Position numbers and translations under genes: made by a program. This document shows positions 8,876 to 20,000 of a stretch of DNA of 64,000 nucleotides, piece by piece. The notes below the pieces were generated by a model. It saw nothing but the letters and a program-made list of their open reading frames with translations, was not told where the DNA came from and searched no databases. Positions within the stretch are counted from its first letter, which is position 1. Each line of letters starts with the position of its first letter. The DNA comes from a virus. The stretch is taken from the IMG/VR virus record IMGVR_UViG_3300012928_003129, positions 1 through 64,000 of that record; one strand, 5' to 3'.

Positions 8876-11800
8876 ATGCCTAATAAAAAAATTGAAAATT
8901 TATTAAACCAAAGAGATATAAAAGATTTAATAAATGAAAATATTATGTTGAGAGAATTTTCAATGTACGGCTGTGACGATCAACCCAGCAAAGTCCATGG
9001 ATACAATCCTTTTTCCAAAAAATGTATAGATATCACAAACTATCAGGGGCCCGATGCTCCCAAATCTATTCTAAGGCCAATAAAAAAGCCAGATAGAGAA
9101 GATCAAATTGCAAGTGTCACAGATAGTATTGGTGACTTCGCTGGATTTATATGGGACATTTATAAATCAGGAGTAGATTATAAAGAGATAGCAGATTGTG
9201 TATCAAATAATCCTGTTTTTTCTTTCTTGGGTTTGTTTTATGGAAGAGGAACAATAAAAATACTCCCAATGCTGGCTCAATCTTCTGGCAAGGCAATATA
9301 TTCTGCTTTCACAAAAACAGGAAAACTCCAAAATCAAATTGACACCTATGTAAGTGCTCGAAAAGGTACCTCGACAGGGTTGACAAATTTTCTTAAAAGA
9401 CTAGCAACTGGTGCGCTTTCGAGTGGTTACAAGGCAGGTAAATGGGGAACTGTTGCCGGTGTGATGGGTACGTACTTCATTTTAAACGCCGGAAGAAAAG
9501 AAAACCAAGGAGAAAATTACATGCCATGGGCCAATAAAGCATTGGACATCATGGAGAAAAATATATCTGGTGGGGATAGTAAGCAAAATTGGAAATGTTT
9601 TTTTGCAAGCGCGGTTACAGGCGTCGTCGCCGGAGTATTAATTAAAGGTGGGGCGCGAGGCCTTCTCAAGACCGCTAAAAATGTAAAATCTGGCCGTTGG
9701 AATGTTGCTGCAGACTTAATCAAATCTGCTCAAATGAGAAAATGGTTTGCCAATGCAATAAAAGACATAAAATCTGATCAATTGGTTATTTTTAAGGCCT
9801 TGCAGGAATCTGGTACGCTTCCTTCTAAAGTAAAGATTGTTGTTGACAATTCTTCTGGTCTTAATAGGTTAAAAGTTAAGGGTCTAGGCGATCAGCCGAT
9901 TAGAATACCATCTAGTGGCATGCCAGCAAGTTTGCAAAAATATGCTGTCAACGGTGAGTTGGTCTTAGATCCCAAATTATTAAAAGACGAACTGGTAACT
10001 GTTTCTGACGACATCAACAAAGCAGTACAGCAGTCATCAGGTGAAAGCTTAAGTTTACTCAGAAGTTCTAATTTTTATAAAAATGTAAAAGGCTTTAAAA
10101 AAGCAATGGAAAAATATGGAAACCTTCCAAGAGCACAGATTAGGTCTAAAGCGTTAAAAAATACTAGTGAAATTTTACAAGATTTATCTAAATCTCTAGA
10201 CTCGTCTTTACAGTCTGTTTCTCAATTACAAAAGAATGTACAAAAAGGAAAAGACCAAGTAAGAAAATTATTTGATGATATAGAGGGATTGGCAAATCAA
10301 AAGGGTTATGAAAAAATAGAGAAAGAAATTTTAGATTCTGCCACCAATATAAATGATGTTCAAAGAATAATTGATAGCGCGCTTCCGGGTATCGATAATG
10401 TTCCTACATCTTTCGTGGGCGGAGAAAGAGTCAATGTGAAAGAATTTGTTATAAACCACTTTAAAGAGACAAAAAAGTTGGATATAACAAAAAAAGGTAT
10501 CATTTCTGATATTGAGTTTGCAAGAAAGGCTATCTTAGACGATACCGGTGTTGTAAAATCGCTTTTTCCGGGCGGGAATGGTGCCGATGATTTGTCAGAC
10601 TGGCTAAGTAGTTCTGCCGGTGCGCCTTATAGAGACGTGTGGTCCAAACTTGACTCGAATGGAGATAGATTAGCAAAAATTGCAGCCACTATAGGCCCAA
10701 AAACGGCGACTGCGGTTAGATCACTATTTACTACCGCGGTGGTTCCAGTGGCGGCTTTCACACTTGGCGTTAACCTAGTATCTATGTTTTCAGCCAAAAA
10801 AATCGATGATAAAGAACAGCTAGATGAAATTGTTAGACTAATAGATGAGAAGCTAATTGAAACCAGTATTTCAAAGTACATGGATAAAGATGGAAATATT
10901 AAAGTTGAGACCCTTCTTTCAGATTTAATAAAAGCGCCTCTTGCAAACAAAGATTCTTTTATGTCTGATACAGTAAATTCACTAAAGCAGTTTAGAGATG
11001 CTCTAAAAACAAATAAAGAATATATTAAAGACATTAACAGCTTTACTAATGATGAAGAGACTTATTTAACAAAAGAATCTTTAAGAAGAAAAATAAAAGC
11101 AATTGTGAGAGGTACACTTTCCCCCAAAGGACAGAATACCGGACCTAAAAAAAATCAGACGTCGAACACGACTGGTCTTCTGTCTCAAATTCCGGAGGGG
11201 GATTTAAAGGCCAAATCACCTTTTAGCGTAAGTTTGGGTGCGCAAAATTTTCAAATTCAGTTTACTGATAAACATATCAGTATTGGAGAGAAAAAATTTC
11301 AGTTTTCTAAATTTGGTGTAGATGCTAACATAGAACAAGTAACAAAAAATAACAATAAAATAACAGCTAAACTTGTCGCAGGAATAATCGATGAGATTTT
11401 TGTATTTTCAGAATCAGACTTGCAATCACTTTTTCAGAAGGCTGTCTCTTTACAAACGGGTGAAAAAATATCAATTCAGGTTGGTGGCAAAACAGGAAAT
11501 ATTAAAAGAATTTCAGAAAATAGAGAGGTATTACAAATGAGCAAAAAAAATCTTAAACAACTGGTTTCAGAAGTTTTAAATGAAGCATACGGAAAATACC
11601 CGTACCATTCTAATGAACATACGGATGAAGAAGCAGACGAAGATTATATGGTAGAGTGGAATGCACTCGTAGATGAAGTGTGTGGAAATAAAAAGAAAAA
11701 TTTTGATGGTGACCCAAAAACTTTTGAAGACGCGGCAGTTGAAGTTGCAAAACTGTTCGTAAAAGACTCAGAACTTTTTAGAGAAGTATTAGAACTTGCT

Positions 11801-11887
11801 GGATCTAATAAATCTGTTGGTGTAGAAATAATGCAACAACTTAAAGCCGCTAAAGAAAAAAGTCTTGACAAAGAATTAAAAGTATAG
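8876..11887 (+). CDS. 1003-aa hypothetical protein with hydrophobic segments (possible virion or ejection protein)
   Basis: Long ORF behind the ACTACTTA motif; internal SD+ATG at 11537. Confidence 0.7.
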   Translation: MPNKKIENLLNQRDIKDLINENIMLREFSMYGCDDQPSKVHGYNPFSKKCIDITNYQGPDAPKSILRPIKKPDREDQIASVTDSIGDFAGFIWDIYKSGVDYKEIADCVSNNPVFSFLGLFYGRGTIKILPMLAQSSGKAIYSAFTKTGKLQNQIDTYVSARKGTSTGLTNFLKRLATGALSSGYKAGKWGTVAGVMGTYFILNAGRKENQGENYMPWANKALDIMEKNISGGDSKQNWKCFFASAVTGVVAGVLIKGGARGLLKTAKNVKSGRWNVAADLIKSAQMRKWFANAIKDIKSDQLVIFKALQESGTLPSKVKIVVDNSSGLNRLKVKGLGDQPIRIPSSGMPASLQKYAVNGELVLDPKLLKDELVTVSDDINKAVQQSSGESLSLLRSSNFYKNVKGFKKAMEKYGNLPRAQIRSKALKNTSEILQDLSKSLDSSLQSVSQLQKNVQKGKDQVRKLFDDIEGLANQKGYEKIEKEILDSATNINDVQRIIDSALPGIDNVPTSFVGGERVNVKEFVINHFKETKKLDITKKGIISDIEFARKAILDDTGVVKSLFPGGNGADDLSDWLSSSAGAPYRDVWSKLDSNGDRLAKIAATIGPKTATAVRSLFTTAVVPVAAFTLGVNLVSMFSAKKIDDKEQLDEIVRLIDEKLIETSISKYMDKDGNIKVETLLSDLIKAPLANKDSFMSDTVNSLKQFRDALKTNKEYIKDINSFTNDEETYLTKESLRRKIKAIVRGTLSPKGQNTGPKKNQTSNTTGLLSQIPEGDLKAKSPFSVSLGAQNFQIQFTDKHISIGEKKFQFSKFGVDANIEQVTKNNNKITAKLVAGIIDEIFVFSESDLQSLFQKAVSLQTGEKISIQVGGKTGNIKRISENREVLQMSKKNLKQLVSEVLNEAYGKYPYHSNEHTDEEADEDYMVEWNALVDEVCGNKKKNFDGDPKTFEDAAVEVAKLFVKDSELFREVLELAGSNKSVGVEIMQQLKAAKEKSLDKELKV

Positions 11888-11893
11888 TAAGGT
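11865..11893 (+). promoter_or_regulatory. Sigma70-like promoter
   Basis: TTGACA-17 bp-TAAGGT before ORF 11900. Confidence 0.55.
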
Positions 11894-11899
11894 ATTTTA

Positions 11900-12385
11900 A
11901 TGGAACATATAGTCAAACAAAATTGGGTTACTGGTAGTGATCACGAGATTGACTTTTATGATTTATTAAAACTAACCAGGCAATACCTTCAGAAAGGTTC
12001 CAAAATATTTATTGGAACTGACTCTTTTATATCAAAATCTACAGTATGTTTTGCTTCTGCAGTCTGTCTTCATGGTGGTCAACTTGGGGGAAGGTATTTT
12101 TTTTATAAACAAAACTTGCCCAAAAATCAATTTTCCCATTTAGTGTCCAGAATAACAGAAGAAACCAGAAGATCTGTTGAGATTGCCTGTCTCTTTATGA
12201 ACGAATATAATATAGACCCTTCTAGTATTGAACTACACCTGGATGTTAGTCCATTTGGGGCGAATAACGGCACTTCACGCTACTCTGACATGCTAAAAGG
12301 GTATGTGCAGGGGTTTGGTGTGGAATATCGCTTAAAACCGGATGCTTGGGCTTCTCAAACAATAGCGGATAAACATTCAAAATGA
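11900..12385 (+). CDS. RNase H-like YkuK/DUF458 protein
   Basis: IFIGTDS, ETRRSVE, ELHLDV, KPDAWAS..AD. Confidence 0.8.
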   Translation: MEHIVKQNWVTGSDHEIDFYDLLKLTRQYLQKGSKIFIGTDSFISKSTVCFASAVCLHGGQLGGRYFFYKQNLPKNQFSHLVSRITEETRRSVEIACLFMNEYNIDPSSIELHLDVSPFGANNGTSRYSDMLKGYVQGFGVEYRLKPDAWASQTIADKHSK

Positions 12386-12717
12386 AATCAAGAGGTAATT
12401 TAGAAAATTCAAAAAGCTTTTTTCAGGAAGTTTATTCTGTATCTAATGATGATCTTGTTGATGTGTGGATAGAGAGTTTCCATCCCTTTGGAACTGTGCT
12501 TGTTCTCTTTGATGTCGGTAAACATTTTAAAACTCTTCAAGACTGTGGAATATTATGCTCTCAATTAAACGCATATGACAACAAAATTCTTACAATAGTC
12601 TTTCCAAGCGTAAAAGATGCTCTAAAAACGATGGACACGATAAAATCATCAGGGATTTCACCAATTATATACTTATATGACAACGGAAAATTAATTTTGG
12701 ACAACATAGAGCCTTAA
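12382..12717 (+). CDS. Hypothetical protein
   Basis: ORF with ATGA overlap. Confidence 0.7.
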   Translation: MKSRGNLENSKSFFQEVYSVSNDDLVDVWIESFHPFGTVLVLFDVGKHFKTLQDCGILCSQLNAYDNKILTIVFPSVKDALKTMDTIKSSGISPIIYLYDNGKLILDNIEP

Positions 12718-12749
12718 AAACTATTTAGTTGTGGTCCGGAGACCGGGAA

Positions 12750-13145
12750 ATGATAAGAGTAAGAATAGTGCCAAATGATATAAAGACTGTTGCGAAAGTT
12801 ATTTTAATTGACGATGACGATAAAGTGCTTTTCCTGAAAAGATCAGATTACATGGAAAAATTTGCAGGAGATTGGGACCTTCCTGGTGGACATCTAAAGC
12901 AAAATGAGAGTTTGTTTGATGGACTGTCTAGAGAAGTCAAGGAGGAGACAGGATTGATTGTCAAAAATCCAAAATTAGTAGAAATACAGGCAAACTTACA
13001 CTTTTTTTGTGCAAAATACAATGCTGATCCGATTAAAATAAGCCATGAGCACACGGAGTTCAAGTTTTTTGAAAAAAACGAGCTTAATGAAAAAGAAAAG
13101 TTTCAAAAAGTAGCCCTTAAGGCCCTGGAGATGAAAAATGATTAA
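12750..13145 (+). CDS. NUDIX hydrolase
   Basis: Nudix box PGGH-x-E-x7-REVKEETG; SHEH. Confidence 0.9.
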   Translation: MIRVRIVPNDIKTVAKVILIDDDDKVLFLKRSDYMEKFAGDWDLPGGHLKQNESLFDGLSREVKEETGLIVKNPKLVEIQANLHFFCAKYNADPIKISHEHTEFKFFEKNELNEKEKFQKVALKALEMKND

Positions 13146-13941
13146 ATTTTCTATCAAAAAGCAAGATTTCGATTTTAATACTGGTTTATTAAAGCCGAAA
13201 GACACACTTTACCCTAAAATATGGAAAAATAACAAAATCGATCCAATTGTAGCAAGAAAATTAATGAAAATCGCAGACGATGTTATCAGATCACTAGAAA
13301 TAGAAGAACATGTTGATGATATCATAATTACAGGCTCGATTGCTTCCTATAATTGGCATGAAATGTCAGATATTGACCTTCACATTATGTTGGACTTCGA
13401 TAAGATTGATAAAAACTTTGATTTGGTTAAAAAAATGCTAGATCAAACAAGAATTAACTGGAACAAGAAACATAATATTTTTATTCACGGAAAAGAGGTC
13501 GAATTATACTTTCAACACTATACAGAAACCCATGAAGCTAACGGTATATGGTCTCTAGAGATAGGGAAATGGTTGGCAAACCCAGTAAGACTTGATCCTG
13601 AAATAGATATTGTAACCACAGAGAAAAAAGCAGAAGCAATAGCGATGCAGATAGAGCACTTGTTTGATATGTTTCACCAGCAAAAATTTAAAGAAACATA
13701 TGAGTATGCAGATAAAGTAAAAGTCAAAATTGCAAGAATGAGACAGTTAGGATTATCGGATCAAGGTATTTATTCTCCAGAAAACCTTGCGTTTAAGATG
13801 TTGAGAAACGCCGGATACTTAGAAAAACTTTCTGCACTCAAAATTGAAGCGTATGACCGCATGATGTCTCTTAGCCTCAAGTCGAAGTCGATAGATGAAA
13901 ACAAGGTGTGGAGAAACTATTTAAATCAGGGGGATAAGTGA
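13138..13941 (+). CDS. Pol-beta superfamily nucleotidyltransferase
   Basis: hG[S]-x-DxD motif IITGSIASYNW..SDIDLH; third acidic residue in EVELY. Confidence 0.8.
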   Translation: MIKFSIKKQDFDFNTGLLKPKDTLYPKIWKNNKIDPIVARKLMKIADDVIRSLEIEEHVDDIIITGSIASYNWHEMSDIDLHIMLDFDKIDKNFDLVKKMLDQTRINWNKKHNIFIHGKEVELYFQHYTETHEANGIWSLEIGKWLANPVRLDPEIDIVTTEKKAEAIAMQIEHLFDMFHQQKFKETYEYADKVKVKIARMRQLGLSDQGIYSPENLAFKMLRNAGYLEKLSALKIEAYDRMMSLSLKSKSIDENKVWRNYLNQGDK

Positions 13942-14211
13942 ATGGCTTCTCAAAGACGTGGAAAATATGTATTCAGAGTAACAAAAGTTAAAAAATATCT
14001 TCGTACTCTTTATTCAAATTCTGAAGATGTGATGGCAGAAATTAAAGACTATTTTCGAAACCAACAAGATGAAGATTATTTAGCTTTTGATGATCATCCA
14101 CTTTCTGATATAGAATCGTTAATGGATCCTGATAAGCCCGCACCGTGGGATCATCTTACAAACAATGAAGATGACGAAGATGTAGATATTGACATAAAGG
14201 AAGAAGAATGA
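13942..14211 (+). CDS. Hypothetical acidic protein
   Basis: ORF behind the motif at 13916. Confidence 0.65.
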   Translation: MASQRRGKYVFRVTKVKKYLRTLYSNSEDVMAEIKDYFRNQQDEDYLAFDDHPLSDIESLMDPDKPAPWDHLTNNEDDEDVDIDIKEEE

Positions 14212-14390
14212 ATTTTTTAGATTGGATGAATATGAACATGATATTGGACATAGCTTTTCTTGTTTTTTCTGTAGCGATAGTTTGGAAATTCAGGAATTTG
14301 GAGAAAAAACTTTTGAAAACCCAAAAAGACTTAGAACTTACAATGAAAAACCCGCTAGCAGCTAAAAGATCGTTAAAAGTGAGAAGATAA
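14208..14390 (+). CDS. Small single-TM protein
   Basis: Hydrophobic segment followed by a basic coiled coil. Confidence 0.6.
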   Translation: MNFLDWMNMNMILDIAFLVFSVAIVWKFRNLEKKLLKTQKDLELTMKNPLAAKRSLKVRR

Positions 14391-14429
14391 TCTGGTACCC
14401 TTACAGTGTAATCACTGAAAGGATACAAA

Positions 14430-15437
14430 ATGATTGCTGATGTTGTAGTGGACTTACAGTATGGAGACTGTGGCAAGGGGAAAATTGCGCATGCACTCTG
14501 CAAGGAAAATAAGTATACACATGTAATTAGATATAATGGCGGATGTAATGCAGGTCACACCATTTATCATAATGGGAAAAAATTTGTTACACACCACATA
14601 CCATGTGGTGTTTTTTTTGGTATTAAATCAATTATTGGCCCGGGCTGTGTTGTTCACGTAGAAACTTTCTTAAAAGAAATTGAAGAACTGGAAGAAGCTG
14701 GAATCCCTGCAAAGAAGCTAGTTCACGTTGCTACAAACGCACATCTAATAACCGACTTTCACAGGGCCCAGGATGGCAAAGACGAAGAAATCGGCACAAC
14801 AAAAAGAGGTAATGGACCAGCATACAGAGATAAATATGATAGAAAAGGCGTCCGCGCAATGCATGACCCCAGGCTACAACCATATATTATTAGCATGTAT
14901 CACGAACTTTACGAAAACGAGGATTATAATGAAATTGAAATACTTTTTGAAGGGGCCCAAGGATTTGGCCTCGATATTGATTGGGGTGACTATCCTTATG
15001 TTACTTCTTCGCATTGTACTGTTGGCTCTGCACTGTTAAATGGCGTTCCTCCAAAGTGTATTAGAAACATTTGGGGAGTTGCTAAAATATATGAAACTTA
15101 TGTTGGCGCAAAGTCTTTTGAAGGTCCCGATGAAATTTTTGATACAATTAGAGATATTGGCCAAGAATACGGTGCCACAACCGGGCGACCACGCCAAATT
15201 AACTGGTTAGACTATGAAATGTTGAAAATGGCAACCAGAATCAATGGATGCACCAAAGTCGTATTTAACAAAATGGATGTGTTGGAAGGATTAGATGCTT
15301 GGTGCTTATATGATGGGCCCAATCTATATCAATTTGAAACCAGATCAGACATTGAGCTTTGGCTTTCTGGAAAGTTAGAATTAGAAGTCGATGATAATAT
15401 AGATGTTATGTTTTCTGGAGATAAAGAATTTATTTAA
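14430..15437 (+). CDS. purA: Adenylosuccinate synthetase (short form)
   Basis: QYGDCGKG, GGCNAGHT, EGAQG, YPYVTSS, TTGRPR, NKMDVL. Confidence 0.92.
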   Translation: MIADVVVDLQYGDCGKGKIAHALCKENKYTHVIRYNGGCNAGHTIYHNGKKFVTHHIPCGVFFGIKSIIGPGCVVHVETFLKEIEELEEAGIPAKKLVHVATNAHLITDFHRAQDGKDEEIGTTKRGNGPAYRDKYDRKGVRAMHDPRLQPYIISMYHELYENEDYNEIEILFEGAQGFGLDIDWGDYPYVTSSHCTVGSALLNGVPPKCIRNIWGVAKIYETYVGAKSFEGPDEIFDTIRDIGQEYGATTGRPRQINWLDYEMLKMATRINGCTKVVFNKMDVLEGLDAWCLYDGPNLYQFETRSDIELWLSGKLELEVDDNIDVMFSGDKEFI

Positions 15438-15451
15438 TTACTATTTAATAT

Positions 15452-15649
15452 ATGAGCATCAAAAGCGAAAATATATCCAATGATTATATTATAGATCATG
15501 CAGAGCAGATGCATGAAGAATATGATGGAAATGTGCCTGATGATGCAAAAACAATTCCTTTTCGTTTCATGGTGCAGGGTCCCTTCAATATAAGATTGCA
15601 GCCTTTACAAAATCATTACAAAACTTTTCTCGGAGAACAAAAAACCTAA
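15452..15649 (+). CDS. Hypothetical protein (apparently leaderless)
   Basis: ATG 12 nt after the start of ACTATTTA. Confidence 0.55.
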   Translation: MSIKSENISNDYIIDHAEQMHEEYDGNVPDDAKTIPFRFMVQGPFNIRLQPLQNHYKTFLGEQKT

Positions 15650-15680
15650 AACTATTTACATTTAGAGGTTTTTGTATAAG

Positions 15681-16997
15681 ATGATTGATAAATTAAAACC
15701 ATTATTGGGCAAATTATGTTCCTTTTCCCAGAAAAGACTAGGCTTTTCTCATCCTCCAAAACTTTTTTTAAAAAGCGATTCAGAGAATGCTGAAAAAACA
15801 TTGGGAAAAACAGCACATTATGATCCGAATAATTCCTCAATCACTCTTTTCACTACTGGAAGACACCCGAAAGATATTCTAAGATCTTTTTCGCACGAAC
15901 TAGTTCATCATGCACAAAATCTCAGGGGTGACCTAGCGCCGGAAAAAATGACCAGTACTGGTGCTAATTATGCCCAAGAATGTCCACACATGAGAAATAT
16001 GGAAAAAGAGGCCTATTTAAAGGGTAACATGTGTTTTCGTGACTGGGAAGATCAATATAAACTAACAGAATCGGAGTCAAAATTTTTAAAGGAGAATAAA
16101 ACAATGACCACAAAGATAACAAAGGACTTTTTAAAAGAACAGATAAAAAGTGCCATAAAAGAATTTGAATTAAGAGGGCAAGGAAAATATAGTGATTACA
16201 TGTCTAGCCTAGGCTCGGACTCTATCAAGTATCAAGGCACTGGTACACAAACCCCACCAGCGAAAAAGCCGGTTGCCAAAAAAAAGCCAGATCTTAGCAA
16301 CACTGTGATATCTCATTTACAGGATTTTAAAACTCACGTACACAAAAAATATGGAGTTATGCCAGACTTTTCAGACAGTGGTGGATTTAAATCTGCTTTT
16401 GCAGATGCTAAAGCATTGAAAGTGCCTTTCTTTTACTTTGGACCTGGTAAGTATAAAATTTATGCAACCGGTCTAGGAAAGGACCCACTCAGTCTAGATG
16501 ATCTTAAAGCTAAATATCAAGAATACGGCGATGAAGCTATGGCTCAGATTGAGCCTGAGATTGATAATTTAGCTGCTACATTGAACCCGAAAAAAGAGAA
16601 GCCCGTCGTCGGCTCGCCCTTAGAGGAGACTGATGAAATAGAAGAAGGTGGTTGTGGCAAAGGTGGTTTAGGTAGACGAACAGATGATAAAGTTAAAGAA
16701 ACTAAAGGCATTGAAGAAAAGAAAAAATGCCCGGGTAAAAGCTGCCCGGGCTGCCCGGAGTGTAAGCCAGGGCTAAAAAATGAACAAGAAGAGTTAGAAG
16801 AAAAGAAGACCAAGAAAAAGAAAAAGAAAAAAGGTAAATACGACGATGGCGATGGCAAAGATGAAAAGTGCGATTATGTTCCATGTAAAGAGTCTGTGAT
16901 TCAAACGCCGGAGCAGGAAAATACTCTTTATGAGCAAAGATTTACTCCAAAGAACAATAGACTATTTGAAAAACTTCTCCAAGAATGGACAAAGTAA
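15681..16997 (+). CDS. Zincin (HExxH) domain plus low-complexity Cys/Lys-rich module
   Basis: HELVHHAQ..MEKEAY; CPGKSCPGCPEC; internal SD+ATG at 16104. Confidence 0.7.
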   Translation: MIDKLKPLLGKLCSFSQKRLGFSHPPKLFLKSDSENAEKTLGKTAHYDPNNSSITLFTTGRHPKDILRSFSHELVHHAQNLRGDLAPEKMTSTGANYAQECPHMRNMEKEAYLKGNMCFRDWEDQYKLTESESKFLKENKTMTTKITKDFLKEQIKSAIKEFELRGQGKYSDYMSSLGSDSIKYQGTGTQTPPAKKPVAKKKPDLSNTVISHLQDFKTHVHKKYGVMPDFSDSGGFKSAFADAKALKVPFFYFGPGKYKIYATGLGKDPLSLDDLKAKYQEYGDEAMAQIEPEIDNLAATLNPKKEKPVVGSPLEETDEIEEGGCGKGGLGRRTDDKVKETKGIEEKKKCPGKSCPGCPECKPGLKNEQEELEEKKTKKKKKKKGKYDDGDGKDEKCDYVPCKESVIQTPEQENTLYEQRFTPKNNRLFEKLLQEWTK

Positions 16998-17011
16998 TAT
17001 AGGGTAAAGAC

Positions 17012-20000
17012 ATGGATAATAAATTGCTCTTAGAAGGTGGCGTCGGTGGACACATGAACCACCCTTATGACATAGATGATCTCACTTTTGGAGATCTAAA
17101 AGATATGCTAAGGGCTGCAGCAAATGGTGAACTGCAAGGATCCGAAAAGACTGACGGTCAAAATTTATATATAACTTTTGACGTAGAATCCCAAAAAGCA
17201 AAAGCAATTAGAAATCAAACCCAAATCAAAGCAGGTGGGCTGACACCCGAACAACTGGATGATTTCTTCTCCAGCCACCCAGCGCAAGCCCTAAGATACA
17301 GTTTTGTAGAGGCTTTATCAACTTTTGAGAATTTTGCTATAGAGCTGACGAGAGAGACACAGCTAGAAATCTTTGGACCTGATGGGGCGATTTATTTTAA
17401 CACCGAAATAATGAACCCTGGGACTCCTGGTTTTGATAAAGATGATCCTAGAGGCATGGGTACCAAGAACGTTATACCGTATGATAAAAAAACTATCCTT
17501 GTACACCCTTCTGGGCATAAAGAGTTCGAGAGAGAAACTGCAAAAGATTTAGAAACTAACCTCATTTCAAATTATAGAACACTTAAATCAGCATTAGAAG
17601 GTAAACAAGTAGAGGATCCGGGGATTTTTTCAATAGAGACGCATCCTCTTAGAAAATTACATCCAAAAGGGCTAGAAAAAGCAAATAACTTACTTCCTAG
17701 AACAATTTCACAAATTGACAATATTGTAAAAGATGCTAGCGCTACTGATGATACTCCTATTGTTAGATACGTTATAGATCAAGTCAAAGCTGATATAAAT
17801 ACTGCAACACCGGGCCTAAGTGAGGAGAGACTCGAAGACTTAGCTACAAAATTTCTAAAGTTATGTAAAAGAACGGATGGCGAACCCGGGTATCTGAGAT
17901 GTGGCGACAAGAAGAATAAAAAATTTATAAAACCAAACGAAAATATAAGAAACTTGATCGCTGGTCTGTCCGGAGATGAACTACAAGGAATAAAGTCTTT
18001 TGCATCATCATTTTCAGAAGGAAGATACCGACGACCTTTAGCCATGGCCCTTGCAGATTTTACTAATGCAATTCTTGATGGGTTTGACTCTTCTTTTATT
18101 TCTGATAATGAAAAACAATTAAATTCACTAAAGGGTGAACTTAGCAAAGTTGTGAAGCAAATTGCTAAATCAGACAATGAGGCTGCAAAAGATGGACTTA
18201 GAATCGAATTGGAGAAGTTGAAAAATATAGATAATATCAATACTCCTTCTGAGGGTTTTGTCTTTGACTTCAAAGGGGAAGAGTTTAAGTTCACAGGCGC
18301 TTTTTCGCCAATGAATCAAATATTGGGCATGCCTAAGTTTAAAAGATATGGAGAAATAGCCCCTATGGAGACAATAGCGGTCTTTCCTGGCTCTTTTAAG
18401 CCTCCACATAGGGGACACTTAGAAGTTGTTAAAGCAATCTCTCAAAACGCCGATAAGACACTCGTGATTGTATCTAGGCCAACACAAAATCAGAGAACTC
18501 TTCCTTTATCTGGAAAAATTATTGGATCCACAGAAGCCATAAACCTTATGAGAGCAATGCTTGAGGGTACTGGTCTCGAAGATAAAGTTGAAGTGTTGTC
18601 AGGGGCAGATGCTTCTCCGATGATGACTACGATAAAATACGTCACCTTTCCAGCGGATGAAGAAAATCCTCTTGTAGCCCCAGAAAATGCTGAGATTATT
18701 CTTGGTGTTGGAGAAAAAGGTGATGATGCTAAACGTTATTCTGGTCTCCCGGAAAAGGTTAGAGAAAAAAGGCCCGATTTGGATCTTGAGACTACTCCAA
18801 CCCCTGCAGTTTCTCATGATAAACAATATCTTTCTTTGCTTCAAAGTGAACAGTATTCAGATATTTTAGAGAAAATGCCAAGTAAAAGCTCAGGTGCTGG
18901 TATACAACTTTTTCATGCATCTGATATGAGATTTCTTATGGATTTGGCTGCACAGGATCTTAGAGCAGTAAACCTTCTTGCTGATTTTGTTGGAGGTATA
19001 GAAAAGGTGCCAAGTGTTTTAGATGCAGTTGGCATTGTTCCAGCGACACAGTCCAGCCCAGAAGAAGACCAAGTTGAAGAGCCGGAACTTGAAGGCCCAC
19101 CAGAGGATGAAGTCAATGCAGATGATCTTGCGGAGATTGTCTATGAAGAAACCATGAAAGTTTTCGAAGCATTCAAATCACAAAAAGCGCCGAAAGCTAG
19201 ACCTTCGAAGGGTAAGTTTCAGCGAAGAATGCGCAAAAGGCTTTCTAAGGCTCATAGAACCTATTTAGATATGGGCAGAAAAGATTTAACAAAACACGGT
19301 GGTGGTTTTAGGAAAAATAGAAAAAAAGATATTTCAAATGCTTTTTTGGCTGAGGATGAAATAGAGGAATTAAGTTCTGTTGCTTCCGGAGCAATACAAA
19401 TGGCCCCAGCAGTAAAGCGAGATTATAATGCTACAAGGAATGATAAAAAAATGAACAAAAAAGAACAAATACTTCGAAAGAAGATAAGAATCAGTCTTCA
19501 AGAATTCTTTAACACAAAATCAAAAGAGCATGAAACTACAGTTGCTAAAATACTTGAAGAGCACGAACTTAGGATGCAGTTGAGAGAGATCATTTTAGAA
19601 CAAACTCTTAATGAAGCAGAAGATCCCACAACTGATGTTCATGATAATACTGGCATTAACACTTTAAAAGATTTAATGAAAAACACAAACGTATTAGCAA
19701 CCTTAAGAACAGTTTATAAGACTTTAACAACTGATGAAAATCAAAAGAAATCTTTTAGAGCACACATTATAAAGTGGACTCAAGATACATTAGCGCCAGT
19801 CAAACTGAATGACACTGACGCTGAAGCTGTGAATGAACAGGTTGGTGTTGATATAGAAGGTGTAAATGATGATATGTTCATTGATGCTAGCGACGGCTCA
19901 GAAAAAGATAACCCTGATGTCCCTGAAGAAGAAAATGAAAAGATGCAAGCAATTTCCGGAGAAGATACCACTGGGCGAAATAAGGCCGAAAGAGTTTATC

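Noticed and set aside
14430-15437. PurZ (2-aminoadenine Z-genome) candidate
   Set aside because: It keeps the PurA catalytic Asp (GDCGKG, not GSxGKG), TTGRxR and the GTP-type KxD motif. No MazZ or DatZ is adjacent.
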